This document shows positions 12,180 to 25,791 of a DNA stretch of 64,000 nucleotides, one piece after another (position 1 is the first letter of the stretch; the number at the start of each line of letters is the position of its first letter). The position numbers and the translations under genes were made by a program. A model generated the notes under the pieces. It saw nothing but the letters and a program-made list of their open reading frames with translations, searched no databases and was not told the origin of the DNA. This stretch comes from Antedon mediterranea (Eukaryota > Animalia > Echinodermata): positions 16,315,045-16,379,044 of the forward strand of contig NC_092680.1 in the NCBI RefSeq assembly GCF_964355755.1. Direction: 5' to 3'.

Positions 12180-12451
12180 TTTCATGGTATTGTTCGAACT
12201 CGATTGGATAACGACTCTTTAACATTCTCGGCGTGGTACGGCGGAACAGCACTAGTCCTCAGTTGTACGCACGCGCAATACATATATGGCGGCTGAAATA
12301 GAATATTTACAACTTTAATAACAGTATATTTGGAATCTTCATAATCACAAACATAGGTATAGACACCATTTTTAACTTGCTACGTCACTTAGAAGTCAAG
12401 TTATAAGCCAAAATAAGTCTGAATTGGCGGCCATTTTGTTTTTCACATTTT

Positions 12452-12898
12452 CAATTCAATTCATCGACATTTTTATTCCATAATCAAAATAAAAACATAT
12501 ACAAATACAATACAAATAATAAGATAATGGAATGGGATACAAAATAAGCACAAGTGCTTTAAGCATGTAACCCTAACAAAAAGATCAAACAATTAGTACA
12601 CACAAAAAGAACAAACCAAAATAACATAATGTGATTTACTTAACTTAAATATTTCTATTGTTATAATATTGCTTTAATCTCTGTTTAAACAAACTTAAAG
12701 TGGGGGATTGTTTTATAGAGTCTGTTAAATTGTTCCAAATATGTGGTGCTTGGTAGGAAATACATTGTTGTCCGACTTTGGTGCGTTTTAGTTGTGGACA
12801 GTAGTTTGACCTGTTTCTAGTTGAGTAATTATGGAATGAGGCAGATGTACTAAATAAGTTATTAAATGATTCAGATAATAGATTATGTTTATTATTAT
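12452..12898 (-). mobile_element. 3' fragment of a CR1/L2-group LINE inserted in the right arm of the Academ-like element
   Basis: Minus strand translates HNYSTRNRSNYCPQLKRTKVGQQCISYQAPHIWNNLTDSIKQSPTLSLFKQRLK, a typical CR1/L2 ORF2 C-terminus. It splits the arm sequence CACATTTT|AAGGGTG. Confidence 0.75.
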
Positions 12899-14989
12899 TT
12901 TAAGGGTGAAGATCTAAAAATTGAGCCGGGTAAACAGCAGATTTGAATTCAGCACCCCGAAATTACCCTAAAACACATGTTTTTTTTGCTTTTAACACGA
13001 AATGCCTACAGCATTTCATTTTTCTCAAATCTGGACTAGTCTATATGTTAAAATGTGCTCTCATTGTACAATAAATGTTCATTCACCTATATAGATGATA
13101 AGTGAAAGTTCCTGTTAGTAAAGAAAAAGATGATATACCGGAACTGTCCCCAGACCACAAAGCAATCCATCATTGCTTTGCTCACTCCTTAAGATAGATA
13201 ACTTAACATTCTTCTATGTGAATCACTCTTCCATATTTATTCTTATTACAATAAAGTTATTATAGTTCTAGATAGAACATTTGTATATGCGTCAAATACT
13301 GTTATCGATATGGCTCACAATCCTACAACCTTAACAACCTATACAAAAATTGTCCCTAAATTGCAAGCATATTGACATTCTATTCGAAAAGTAGGTCATT
13401 AGTAACCAAGTAAAGAAATAACTGTGGGATCCGGACCATCTTCTCTTGACATCCTATCAATCAATACAAGTCCCTTTCGAAGATTGAATGAAAAAAAACG
13501 GTAGTGGGACTGGAGCTATACAGTGTTGAATTTGAATAAATCATTGGTAGTATGCTCCTGTACAATAAATTAAATATTACCCATTTAGTTGGGGAGCCAG
13601 AAAGGGTTCACCTGCACCTCAAGTAAACTATGTTAACAATGTTTTTTTGCTTCCTTATATCAATACAAATCAATTTTTTGCTGTTGGCCGAAAAAGAATT
13701 GGTATGCTTGGTCAGTGCAGGGGCCAAACGGTCAATATGGTCAAAGTAAGGACTGTGCGTAACTCAGAAGGCCCATATTTCTATTCACTCTAATGGGAAA
13801 CTTTTGCCAAAAGTGGACAGAAACCCCTTTCTGACCACTGGTCAAGAAATTGGCCATATGAATATCTCATCAACTACTGGTCTCAATTTACTCGCAAAGT
13901 ATATGTTTGTATTTGTTCTAATGGAATAAAAATCATAAACTGTCAATAAACCCCTAATTTTGACCTTTGACATATAGCCGGCACAAATATTTTTGGCTTG
14001 GAGCACACTTTTCATAAATCAGAAATTGTTGGGCGGATATGGTCGTAGTGGGTGTCAAAATACTCAGAAGATACATATTTCTATTCTATTTGACCATTGG
14101 TCAAGACAGTAGCCATATCAATATCTAAGCAACAACTAGTCATAATGTTATAATTTTAGTCTCAAATTACTCGCAATATATATATTTATATTTTCTCTAA
14201 TACAACAGAAATACACAAAATGTTAAAAAATACCTTATTTTGACATATAACCTATAGCTGGTATGTACCTATATATAGGAGACTAGTTTTAGTTATGTAA
14301 TTGAAAAGTAAATCAACCGACTCTTTCATCTTGATCACTCCCTAAGCCTCAAATGAGACATTATTTATAAGTACGATAAATTATTAAATAGGCCCACTTA
14401 ATCCTTTAATTGGCGAGTTACTCGCTGTTGAATGCGTTTGAAATAAAAAGAATTATAGAAAATATGCAATTCAATTGTAATAGAATTTAGCATTCAGATA
14501 GTGAGACATTCTGAACTGAACCATTACATAGATATTTATATAACGTATCAATTAATGCTACTACTTCATTTGCTTCAATGCACATGCATAGAGTAAGTTT
14601 GAATCAAGAATTGTGTTGTGTCGTAAGGTTTGTAATACAGTATTATCCTTATTATTATACGGTGTTTTTTTAACATAGATTTAGACGGGAACATATTTTA
14701 ACACAGGACTCTAGATTTTGAAATATTTTCTTTAGTGAATTTTGCAACCAAAACAAACTTAAATGCATAGGTATCGTGAGCTGTTTAATTATTATAATGC
14801 TTATAGATTTGGATAGGCTAGAGTATAGGAATAGAAATTTCTTATATAGGAAATGTAGGAAAAATATTAGATAAGTTTAAAACCGTAATTTATATAAATT
14901 ATAGTCTATAAATGTTAACCTAGTTTGCGTCGGTTAGTATTGAAAATCGCATTTTTCGGTATTTTTACCATTTAGATTTAAAAGTCGAG

Positions 14990-17900
14990 ATGCCCGACCA
15001 AAATCTGATCGAGAAGCAGCCGTTTTTGCGAGATAATGGTAAGATACGTTGAAAGTTTATGATGCAACTGCCTACTCAGTTCCTATTTGTGTACATCCAT
15101 ATGTGTTTGAAAACTTAAATTAATAAATACTCTTTAATTTATAACTATTTCGAACAGTTAAAAAAAACCTTTAAATCACTTTTGAAAAGTTCACCTTACT
15201 TGTCAATTCATTCATTCATATCATTCATGTCGTTATATTTCGTATTATACAAAATAAATTAAGTTGATCAAAACGTTGAGATTAAAATGAAATATTATAT
15301 GCAAACTAAAAACAAGTTTGTTTCCAGAGCAAACTTATTACACCCAGTGTTATTTGCTCTTTGTTTTTCTACATTTTTTAGATAATTCACGAACGTTGAA
15401 AATTCGCTATGTAATAACATTTCTATGTTTTGTTGGAAGTACTTTAATTTATGCTGCCAGAGTAAACTGGAGTATAGCTATACTGTATATGGCACGTCAA
15501 GAAAGTGACAATACGAATTCCACAGATTCTGAAGTAAATGAAGGCAGCAGCCAAATAGTAAGTTTCATTTTTGACACTACTATTGGACTAGGCCTATATA
15601 TTTCTATTCATGTTATATTAAGTTCTTTAACGTGCACTATATGTACACACGGGACAAAGCTTATCAAACACTAAAAGTACGATTTATTGGTTCTCATTGA
15701 ACAGTAAATGATATTTCAATAGCCTTCACTCTTGTTAAGATTGTAAATAATCACGGGATAAACAGCTTTCATGTTTATGAAGATTGTATAGGCTTATAAT
15801 AGAAAATACTCACGGTAGACAGTTCTTTTCTTTTTCCACAAAGGGCCTACTCTAATTCTATGCTAACCCATTACATCAGACCTATACTGTATTTCCAGTA
15901 AAAAAATTCTTTACATACGATAATAACATTTTGTTGCATTGCGGGAGCTGCTGCTGCCCACCTTATTAATTTACATTCTTCAATGATATAATTACTATAG
16001 TTTCAATTTTTAATTTGTAGAATTACGGTAACGATATTAGGTAGGTTTCGCAACCTTACGAATACGATAACGAAAACGGATAGGTCACACATTTGTGAAA
16101 CTTTTGAGCTGATCCCCATTTCATATTCGTAAAGCGTATTCGTGTTGACGAATCGTCGTCGTGGTCCTGTGAGTCATGACTGACCCTTTGTGCTCCTGCC
16201 TATGATGACATTCCACCCATATCTATCCTGAGCATAGAGAGAAGCTGTGCACACATCCAATCCTGTGATCTCTCTAATACCATCAGTCCATCTTATCTTC
16301 TGTCTACCACGTTTTCGCTTGCCTTCTACATGACCTTGTGCAATTACCTTTTCCAAGTTGTCACCTTCTCTCCTGGCAATATGACCAAAGTACTGAAGTT
16401 TGATCTTATCAACCTTCTGGCATAGGTTGACTCTGCTTCCAATGTGGTTGTTAACAAATTCATTTGACTTATGCTCCTTCCACGATATCCTCGACAATCT
16501 CCTCCAACACCACATTTCAAAAGCTTTGATCTTCTTTCTATCTGCAGCTCCAAGAGCCCATGTATCAGATCCATAAGTGGCAATCGGAAATACCAATGCA
16601 TTCATGATATGAATCTTTGTGTTTCTTGAGATCCCTCTATCCTTCCAAATGTTGGTACGACCTATTGTGGATGTTCTAGCCATAGCGAGACGACGTTTTA
16701 TTTCCTCTGAGCTTCCTCCAGTGTCAACAATCAGGGAGCCAAGAAAGTTGAAGGTGTTGACTACTTCTATGTCCTCTCCATCTGCTTGAATGCGATTTTC
16801 ATTCTTCCTTCCACTTATCATTACTTTCGTCTTCTTGACATTGAGGTAAAGACCATATTCCTCACTGGATTGCTTTACTTTTTCAATCAGATCTTGGAGT
16901 TCTGCCGCAGTTCTTGCAATTAAGGTTGTGTCATCTGCATATCTCAGATTATTTAATTGCCGGCCACCGATAGATATCTGCCCCTCGTAGCCATCTATGG
17001 CAATCCGCATGATGTATTCTGCGTAGACATTAAAGAGATACGGTGACAGGATACATCCTTGGCGTACTCCTTGACCTATCGTAAACCAGTCGCTATCTCC
17101 ACAATCTGTTCTGACCGTGGCTTCCTGACCATCATATAAGGATTTTATTAAGACAATCAGATATGTTGAGAAGCCCATTTTGCGCATTACTCTCCACAAT
17201 TTCTGGTGTTGAACACAGTCAAAAGCCTTTGTGTAATCTATGAAGCAGAGGAAAGTGGCTGCTGAAATTCCATGGTCTTCTCCATCAAATTCCTCAAGTT
17301 TCCAATCTGATTTCTCGTTCCTCTTCCTCTCCTAAATCCAGCTTGCTCTGGTGGTAATTCACTTTCTAACTTATTCCTGATTCTATCTGCTATAGGCCTA
17401 ATGTGGAGCAGGACTTTACTAGCATGAGAGATAAGTGAAATGGTACGGTTGTTAGCACATTCCCTTACATCCCCTTTCTTCGGTAATGGGAGAAACACTG
17501 CCTTTTTCCAGTCTTCGGGCCATTCTTTACTCTTCCAGATCTTGTTGCACAATCTATGGATGATAACAACACCTTCCTCTCCACTTTCCTTCAGCAATTC
17601 TGCCTGGATGTTATCTACTCCTGGTGCTTTACCATTTCTTAACTTCTTCATTGCATTATCAACTTCACAGAGAAGAATATCTGGGTCATCTTCAAAATCT
17701 TGCTGTTCTCTCTCCTCCTGTGTATCATCATCTTTGGATGCATACAACTGTTCACAGTATTCCTTCCACCTTGTTTTGATTTCATCTTCTTCCGTCAAGA
17801 TGTTACCATCTTTGTCCTTCAGAACATTGATCCTGGTGCTAGGTTTTGAAGTCAGTAGCTTGATGTTTTTATACATGTCTTTGGTGTTGTTTGTAGCGCT

Positions 17901-20900
17901 GTCTTTCTCCACCTCGGCACATCTCTGTCTGATGAACTCTGTTTTGTCATTTCTGATTCGTTTCTGGATTTCTCTTGATAAATCCCGGTATTCTCTTTTC
18001 CTCTCTGCACTTTCCAGTCCTTTTTCTTTGACCTCTCTCCTCTGATCAGCCAGGGCAAATACCTTGTCACCAGTCATATTCGTAACTACAAAACGAGTAT
18101 AGTTTTTGATCTATTTTGCACATTTTGCATTTGAAACAGGAATGATTCATGATTATAATATAATTATAGATTTATTGAAAGTAATTTACTAAAGTAATTT
18201 ACTAAAATGCCAGGTCAATTTTGATAAATAGCAGTTTTTAAAGTCCTCACTCGCTTTGATGTTACGCTAGGCCTAGGCAGCCAAGCACCAGGCAACACGT
18301 ACCTGCACTTCGCTCAAATTTACCGCAGTCATATTTTGGACGGCGCCCTCAATATTTCGTTACCATGTGAAACAGATTTTTACTGGCTTACGAAAACGAA
18401 TACGTGTGACGTGCGTGACGTATCCGTTTTCGTTATCGTATTCGTAAGATTGCGAAACCTCTCTAATATTTACTAACTTTTGAACCCAAAGCTGCTAATA
18501 ACTATAGGAACGATTTATTATAAAATTGCGGGTATAAAAACAAAAAGTACTATTACACGTTCGTATAATTTAGTAGGCCTATACGTATACTAAAATTGCA
18601 CACCATGTGACTAAAAATCGTTCAGTCAAATGACAGAAATGTATTTATATGTTATATAAAACAAATCGGTGTTTAAGGATGACCAATGTTAATGTGACGA
18701 CCTTCAGAACGTGTTCAGCACAAAATCAGTTTGTAATGTTGTCTATGTTTCAAAATGGTGTTATTAAGCTAATTTTGTATTCTAAACTGTAGATTTAAGA
18801 AAAAACAATCAGAAAAGATAATTATATCTATCGCAGGAGCGCAAGCAATATTATTTTTAAATTAAATGTCTTTCGTTGATTAAACAGCATGCTTAACCGA
18901 GTTAGTATTGTTACAGGTATATACGTTTGACTGGAACATGAAAACGCAACAAATCATTTTAGGTTCTTTCTACTGTGGCTATTCAGTTGGACCTATTCTT
19001 GGAGGTTGGTTAGTTGGAAGATTTGGTGGGTTTTCTATGCTCATGACTGGAATATTGTTTACAACTTTTCCCATGCTAGTAACCCAGTTTGCTGCACATT
19101 TTGGCGTTGGTTTTGTAATATTGACCAGAATTATTGATGGCTTTGGACAGGTATATTATCCAACTTTATGTTTTTGAAACTTGATTTAATTGAGACATTA
19201 ATGTTATTATTATTATATATTATTATAATTGTATGAAGTTCAATATAGAATGTATTGCAAAAAGTCACAAATGTCAACGTTCTGTTATTACCCGAATGCT
19301 ATTTTTTCTAGGGTATTGCATATCCAGCAAATTTAGTCTTGATTAGAAATTGGTCAAAAGCAGATGAACGTAATACGCTATTAGCTATTGCTTTTTCAGG
19401 TATATTTTATATTTACTGTAGCCTACGTTTCATTTGCATGTAGGCCCTATCTGTTTAATGTATTATCGTGTTTTTTAATCTTGGAATACAAATTTCAATT
19501 ACTGTGTATTTGACAATAAATTTGAACTTGAAGCCACTTTTGAAATGGATTGTACTCACTGTTGTAGCCCTAGTGTTACAAAAATATGTTAATTGTATTT
19601 TAGGTTGTAGTGTAGGACCAATACTAACCAGTTATATCTCCACCTGGCTGTGTTCATCTGAGTTTATGGGCGGTTGGCCCTCCACATTTTATTTATATGG
19701 TAAGTTTGAATCTTAATCTTCTTGAATTTAAAAGAAGATGCAAGTGCTATGAACAATTTAGTAAATTAATAACAAAAAATAAAACGATCGAAATGTCATT
19801 GACTAACAATATCATGTGGAAATAACTGTACGTTTACGTCTTCAAAATCTTTAAGTTTGTACCATCCATACATTTCGAGATTAAACACAAGAATTGAAAT
19901 AGCGAAGGTAACACCAAGAGACTTGATTCCTGGTAATGTGGTAGACCTAGGATGTATATGTATGTTTTTTCTACGCTGCAATATCTTACAAATGTGTTCT
20001 GTTTACAGGGACGATTGGTGTTGTCTGGTGTGTTGTGTGGTGTATTGTGGGATCAAAAACCAATATGCAGTCAAATTTACAAGTAAGACATTAATATAAA
20101 CTTAACAATGAAATAGGCCTACACAACTCATATTGTGATACAATAGGATGTCTGATCTAAAAATAGAAAATTTTGGATGTTGAAAGTTTCATTATTGCTT
20201 TATAATTTAAGTAATTACTCTTTTTTCGTAATTTAGATGTATTCAGAAGCTGTAAGGTTTTTTTTTACAGTGTATACTGGTTATTGATTCATCATTTAAA
20301 AAAAGTATATTAATTATTTCCTTTAATTGATTATTAACATCATTTTGAATCATTGCATCTTCTAAATCTGTAAGCAACTTCTAATTTAGTTATAATTTAT
20401 TATAAGTCTTTATACTTTAAGATTATATAATATTTATACTATGATACTACAGCATATGCCGTTCATAACTTTCACGTAGGCCTACAGGTAACCACACAAG
20501 TTAACTTCATTCGATTGGATTCTAATGTTTGGAACAGAAACCGGAGAATAATGTACAGAGTGTCGAGAAAGTGCCTTACCCCATGTCACATTATCATTTA
20601 GACAGAATTTATAATCCCCAAATTGAATGTAAATTTCTAAACTCGCCAATATGTAATGGATTTACATTATGTTATATTAACATTATAGCCTACTCCCAAA
20701 ATCAAAGGACTGTTACAAGAAATTACCATGACATGCGAGCTGAGCATCCCGTTGTTAGATTTTCTTGATCATACTCTGATCCCAGCTGCATCATAATATT
20801 ATGTTACAAATGTATATTTTTATTTTTATTAAACCATAGGACAATTACAATTACGAAGTTCCATGGAAATTGATGACGTCACCGCCTGTTATTACTTTGT

Positions 20901-23236
20901 ATTTCGTACATTTTGTCTTTGATGCTGGATACATATTACTTATTACAGACATTCCGACGTTTTTTAACTCAATTTTAAATTTTGATTTAGAATTGGTAAG
21001 TTTCTAAAACAGTGAAAATTCAATAATACTAAGCCAAATAAACTTGTTTTTCTTTCGTTGTATAAAAATGTGTACATTAACACGTGAAAACATAAAACTG
21101 TTGGTTTAAAGAATTCTGAATATGGCTCTGTATAGGTCTGTTTATTGAATAATATACTGCTAAATAGAATATGTTAACGTTGATATAAAGTAATGTTAGT
21201 AAGAGTATACACATTTATAATTGTCTGCAATATTTGACCACTGTCAATACACAACACTTATTACCTGACTGGGGTATAATAATATAAAAACATTTTTAAA
21301 GTTACAATCTAACATAAAAACAATCAAGTTTAAACGCAAGAAAAAGTGTTTTTTCAGCTTGTTAATCGTTTTTGCGATATGAATGTTAAGACATTTATGT
21401 TCCTTTAATAAGTGTTGAGAAAGTCATATTGCAACTCAAAATGAGTAAGGCATGACTGAGCCAACATCATCAAATGTAAGCATTTTATGATAGAAAACTA
21501 TATTTAAATCATTGTTCAAAATCACGTGATGCTACGTCTAGTTGTCCGACCAACAAACCCCATAATGAAAGGAACGAAGTATACTGCTTCATACATTATG
21601 CAAAGTTTTGTTTAAACTATTGTCCCCATGCAGAATGATAAATCAATACAAATTGTTTAATATTTGACTGTTCATAACAATAATGCATTAGTAAGTCAGG
21701 AAGAACTTAAATTATCAATACATTCTTTTTATTTCTTTTTTTTACAGGCAGGATTACTAAACATGGCGCCTCATCTGTGTGTGCTGTGCATGACAGTCAT
21801 AGGTGGATTGCTTGGAGACTATTTGATTTCACACGACAAATTGAGCATACTAGGAACCCGAAGATTACTCAATACATTTTGTACGCACAAAACATGCTAG
21901 CAACTTTAGCTCCTATACTGTCTCGACTAGCATATAAATATCGAACACTGTATGAGTGACATAGCTATGCAGATTATCTGCAGTAATTAGTGAATACATT
22001 GCATTATTTGATGTTGGAATAACATCATCAAATACTCAATCATTAGGGCCTAACCACCTGGTGAATGAAGTATAGGCCTACTCCTCGTGAAACAGAACCG
22101 ACGTAGGCCAACGTTACCGTCGTTTACCAAAGCAAAGTTATCTTCACTTGACATTGGTCAGCTTGCATGCGATGAACTGCGCTCGCGTCCTTACGTTCGT
22201 CCTAGTGTGATCGGAACACGTTTAAAGATTGGTTCCTACTTGATAGAACGCAAGTACTGGTTAATTAATTGATCAATCACAATAGATTAACAGTTTATCT
22301 TATTCAATGAAAACCAACAGCGATAATCACCGGCACTTACATCTGAACTGTCGCAATTGATTGGTCAAATCACTTACGTTGGGCCACGTTACGTTGATAT
22401 TTCCAAGAGAGAAACAATCATTACATTAAACTACCTTTTTATTATTATAATTCTATACGGTAGGTTACATCTTTGCACAATGTCAAAAATCCTCTTTCTC
22501 TCTCTCCCTACCTTACAAAAAAAAACCCACCTCAATCCCACAAACCACACAATATCTTGAGTACATTGCCATTTTCGAGAAAGAAAATGTACTTGAGTTG
22601 CAGTCTTTTTTTTTTTTTCTCAAAGGCTTTGGTCTGACTGCGGTCTTTATCATCATACTGGGCTACGTTTACAACAGCGATCTCTCATTGACCATAATGG
22701 TATTTGCTTTTGGAATATATGGATTCAAATTTGCTGGAGTAAATGCTAATGTACTAGACATTGCACCTTTTCACTCAGGCATAATCATTGGAATGATGAT
22801 TTCGATAGGAAGTATTGGAGGACTGGTTGCAACGACTTTACTGGGAGTATTGACAGAAACAAACGTAAGAACTCATTTTTTCATTTATTTTTGTTTTACT
22901 TTTTATTTTTCAATAAATCCACACAAAAATGTCGGATATGCCACAAAGTGTTGTGTAGAGAAGTTAAAAGATCTATTCATTTTAGCTGTTAAGCCTCAGA
23001 TAAATTAGTCCCAAAGTAGGCTGTAAATAGACTCATACACCATTTTCCTGTAGAAAATATTTACTATAATCTTACTTTACTTTCAGAATACTCTGCGCCA
23101 ATGGAGAGTTGAATTTTGGACTCAAGCTGCATTACAAATATGTGCGTTACTCGCATTTTTTATTTTTGGCAGTGATAAACCGCAAGAATGGGCAAAACCA
23201 CCAGAGGAATCTGCAGATATAGAACGCCAACATTAA
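14990..23236 (+). CDS. SLC17A5-like: SLC17 family (sialin-like) MFS organic anion transporter, paralogue 1, 464 aa, 10 coding exons; exact orthology not established
   Basis: Exons 14990-15038, 15382-15557, 18917-19150, 19312-19399, 19604-19699, 20009-20082, 20840-20995, 21748-21880, 22626-22864, 23087-23236. All introns are GT-AG with consistent phases, total 1395 nt. Motifs: RY..YAARVNWSIA, FDW..Q..ILGSFY, W....ER, GGWPSTFY, VPW, NVLDIAPFHSG, W..F, GS...QEWA. Confidence 0.92.
16037..18466. mobile_element. TIR MITE in intron 2 of paralogue 1 (host of the RTE insertion)
   Basis: About 50-bp TIRs TTAGG(T)AGGTTTCGCAA(C/T)CTTACGAATACGATAACGAAAACGGATA with a TA duplication. Empty site in paralogue 2 at about 46650. 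Confidence 0.85.
16133..18073 (-). mobile_element. 5'-truncated RTE-clade LINE (reverse transcriptase, frameshifted)
   Basis: ORFs 17238-18077 and 16174-17199 encode GKAPGVD, PKKGD, EQAGFR, GVRQGCILSP, YADD and FEMWCWRR. Frameshift near 17255, no endonuclease domain, (ACG)n tail, 12-bp TSD TCATATTCGTAA (16121-16132, 18074-18085). Confidence 0.95.
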
Positions 23237-24499
23237 TTTTCTATTTCATTCAGTAGAAGAGTCGATTAACGGGTGGATTATGTCTATTTGTTGGTCAGTG
23301 TATTCCCTCGGCTGGGTATTTTTTTCCTTCCCAAAACATCTTAGAAATGACCAGAGCTAATATTTGATTAATATGGAATTCCACAGTCAGTCCATTTTTT
23401 TAAAAGTTTATTGAATAACATTTTTTATTCTATTTTTCTGATCTTTAAGTATTATTTTATTTTATTTCATAAAAACAGTCACAAATATATTTTTTTTTGT
23501 CTTACGTGGGTTCATCCCACTTTTATTCCATAAATACATAATATAATAATTTTACAGTACAGTTCTTTTTGAGTTCATCTTTTTCATTGTTATCTTTGAA
23601 CACTTAACTTTTTTTGTTTATTTACTATTAAACATATTATGTTTAGAGTATTTACCTTCTTTTTTTTTTAATCCATAATTTATTTTCCAACTAAATACAT
23701 AGTTTATTTTTCAACTACATTTCTACTAATGTTATTCCATTTACATATATTTTATAGCATAAACATAATTTGATATTAAAAAATTATCTTTGTATCATCA
23801 TACATATATTTTCTGCTTGAATTAAAAAAAAATGTTTATGTTAACTCAATTTATCAACATGTTTTATTTTTAAAAACTTTCTGTATTATCTATTCAGATA
23901 ATCTGTGCTTGTATTCTTCTCCTATTACATATTTTTTTTTTCTAGTTATCCATTAACATACATATTTTGTATTCGTTAACATACATTTTTTTTTTGCATT
24001 TACATATATTTTCACTTACATTACATATTTTTATATTTTTAAAATATATTTTGAAAAATCATCATAAACATATTTTCTGCTTGTATTGTTTTCTCTTTTA
24101 TGTTAACTCATAATATAATTTATCAACATTTCTTATTTTGTATTTGTTAACATATATACTAAAGTTTTGTTTTCTGCTCTTTTTATTTTTTTTCTTCTTT
24201 AACACATGTTAATCTATTATATATATGTTCCTTATAATTTAACACATTTCTACTCGTATTTACTTCTTTAAATATATTTTCATAAACACTTTAACCTTGT
24301 TTAATACTCCTTTATTTATTATACAATTCATTTTTTATGCATTTAGTTTACATAGCCTATAAATATATTTTGTAGTAGTAGTATAATTCCCCGTACAGTC
24401 CAATGAATGAATAATTAATGAGTTAGTTTGAATAATAATAGGCCTATTTGTATTTATTAGGGTATTTTTTATATTTAAATTATTCTGTACAAAATGTTT

Positions 24500-25480
24500 C
24501 AGTGGGCATCATAATATAACGCAAACAAGGTTCACACCTGTATACGTGTAAACTCTGTAAATGTAATGATTGCTCACCTGCGATGAATGCAATAGAAGTT
24601 AAAAGTACGCGTTGTTTTGATTCATGAAAATGGTATAACGTCAACGTGTAAACAAATTAACACAGAAATGCAGAGTTTGCAACCTTTCTGTATCATCACC
24701 ATAACTGTGTCAAGAAGGTACCCGTAGGCATACAGTCAGTGAACGTTTACGTATTACAAATGTTCCTTCAGTAATGATTTAAAACTGCATCCTAATCTCA
24801 AACGGATCTCAAAACCATTATATCTTGTGAAGTTGGTTTAAATGTCTTACTGAGAAACTAAACTGTGATTTAGCACACAAAACAATTAAAAGTTTGTCCA
24901 GAAGCTAGCCTCATGTCATCTAACACTAATGAAATTCCCGCCTCAATGGACCAGTCTACATGGCAGTCCTATCAAGCTCACTCATGTACAGTCAGGATAT
25001 GCTTTCACTCATTGAAGATAAAACCAAAACAGTTAAATTGACCATTGATGGCTGAACTTATTGGTAAGCTAATTAATTTATTAATTAATAAGCTAGTTTC
25101 TCAAATAAAACATGTATTAGGCCTAACTTAATTAACAAAACCTTTGAGACGACTATAGACAAACTCGACCTTGCTGAAGGCTCACTATTTGTTTGTGAAA
25201 GCAGAATAGCAGATTTAACAAATGGTTTCGCTAATAATTGTAAACGTTACTTCATATAGAAGTACGCATGAAATTGCACTGTCGTATGGCTATTTCGGTA
25301 TAAAAAAATTTACAATCGAAGCAACAAACAATCTATTTCACCACTTTCTTCCGTACCGGTCGAACGGGAAATTGTTATTTCCGTTATGTAAAACATGCGC
25401 CGATACACACACCAGGAAGTTGTAATTAGCCTGGTTACAACTCTTTGTAGGCCTACACACACAAGTGATGACAAAAATCA
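24500..25480 (+). mobile_element. Degenerate Polinton/Maverick protein-primed DNA polymerase B fragments
   Basis: ORF 25222-25425 contains YFGIKK..LFHHFLPYRSNGKLLFPLCKTCA, resembling the pPolB LYHPVLP..NGKL.FPLC.TC motif. Cys/His-rich remnants at 24540-24710. Partial copy at 53230-53750. Confidence 0.65.
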
Positions 25481-25791
25481 CAGATACCCAAAGAAGGATC
25501 GAAAGTTGTGGACATTCTAACGTTTTTTGAATGCACAGTAATGTCAGCGTACAAAAACTGGCGATTTAAAATATACGTACCACACGACTAAATAATATAT
25601 TTTCCTTTACAGAAATGAATAAATAGACACGATGATTTATGTAGTAACTAAAATTAGCACCCTGGGAATTACTTCAGAAAGAGAAACTTGTCATAAAATG
25701 ATTCACAATCAAAAATCTGGACTCATTTAAACAAACCCAATTTGTGTTTTGTATGTAACAGTAAGGTTGAGGGATGGGGGGGGGGGGCGAT

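Larger units (their letters stand above)
11627..12277. repeat. Tandem duplication with 364-bp period containing a tRNA-like head, bounded by (TA)n
   Basis: ACACAAGAGGCAAAGAAC starts at about 11635 and 11999. The duplicated ORFs 11691 and 12055 differ by 364. Confidence 0.9.
7883..13043. mobile_element. 5.2-kb composite non-autonomous TIR element (Academ-like)
   Basis: Termini TAGACTAGTCCAGAT / ATCTGGACTAGTCTA with 3-bp TSD TAT. Long inverted arms: 7920-8200 vs 12285-12452 plus 12899-13012. No transposase ORF. Confidence 0.75.

Noticed and set aside
11691-12252. Duplicated 65-aa ORFs
   Set aside because: They overlap the tRNA-like repeat and are duplicated only because of the 364-bp tandem.
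14530-14593. Upstream exon with GTAAGT donor as an N-terminal coding extension
   Set aside because: The ATGs and frames differ between the paralogues (14555 vs 44945), so no shared coding extension is supported. At most a 5' UTR exon.
17440-18045. 201-aa + strand ORF
   Set aside because: Antisense shadow of the RTE ORF.
20529-20768. 79-aa intronic ORF conserved in both paralogues (also 48969-49208)
   Set aside because: Conservation is explained by the recent duplication. It has a non-ATG start, no SLC17 similarity, and exons 6 and 7 already join in phase.
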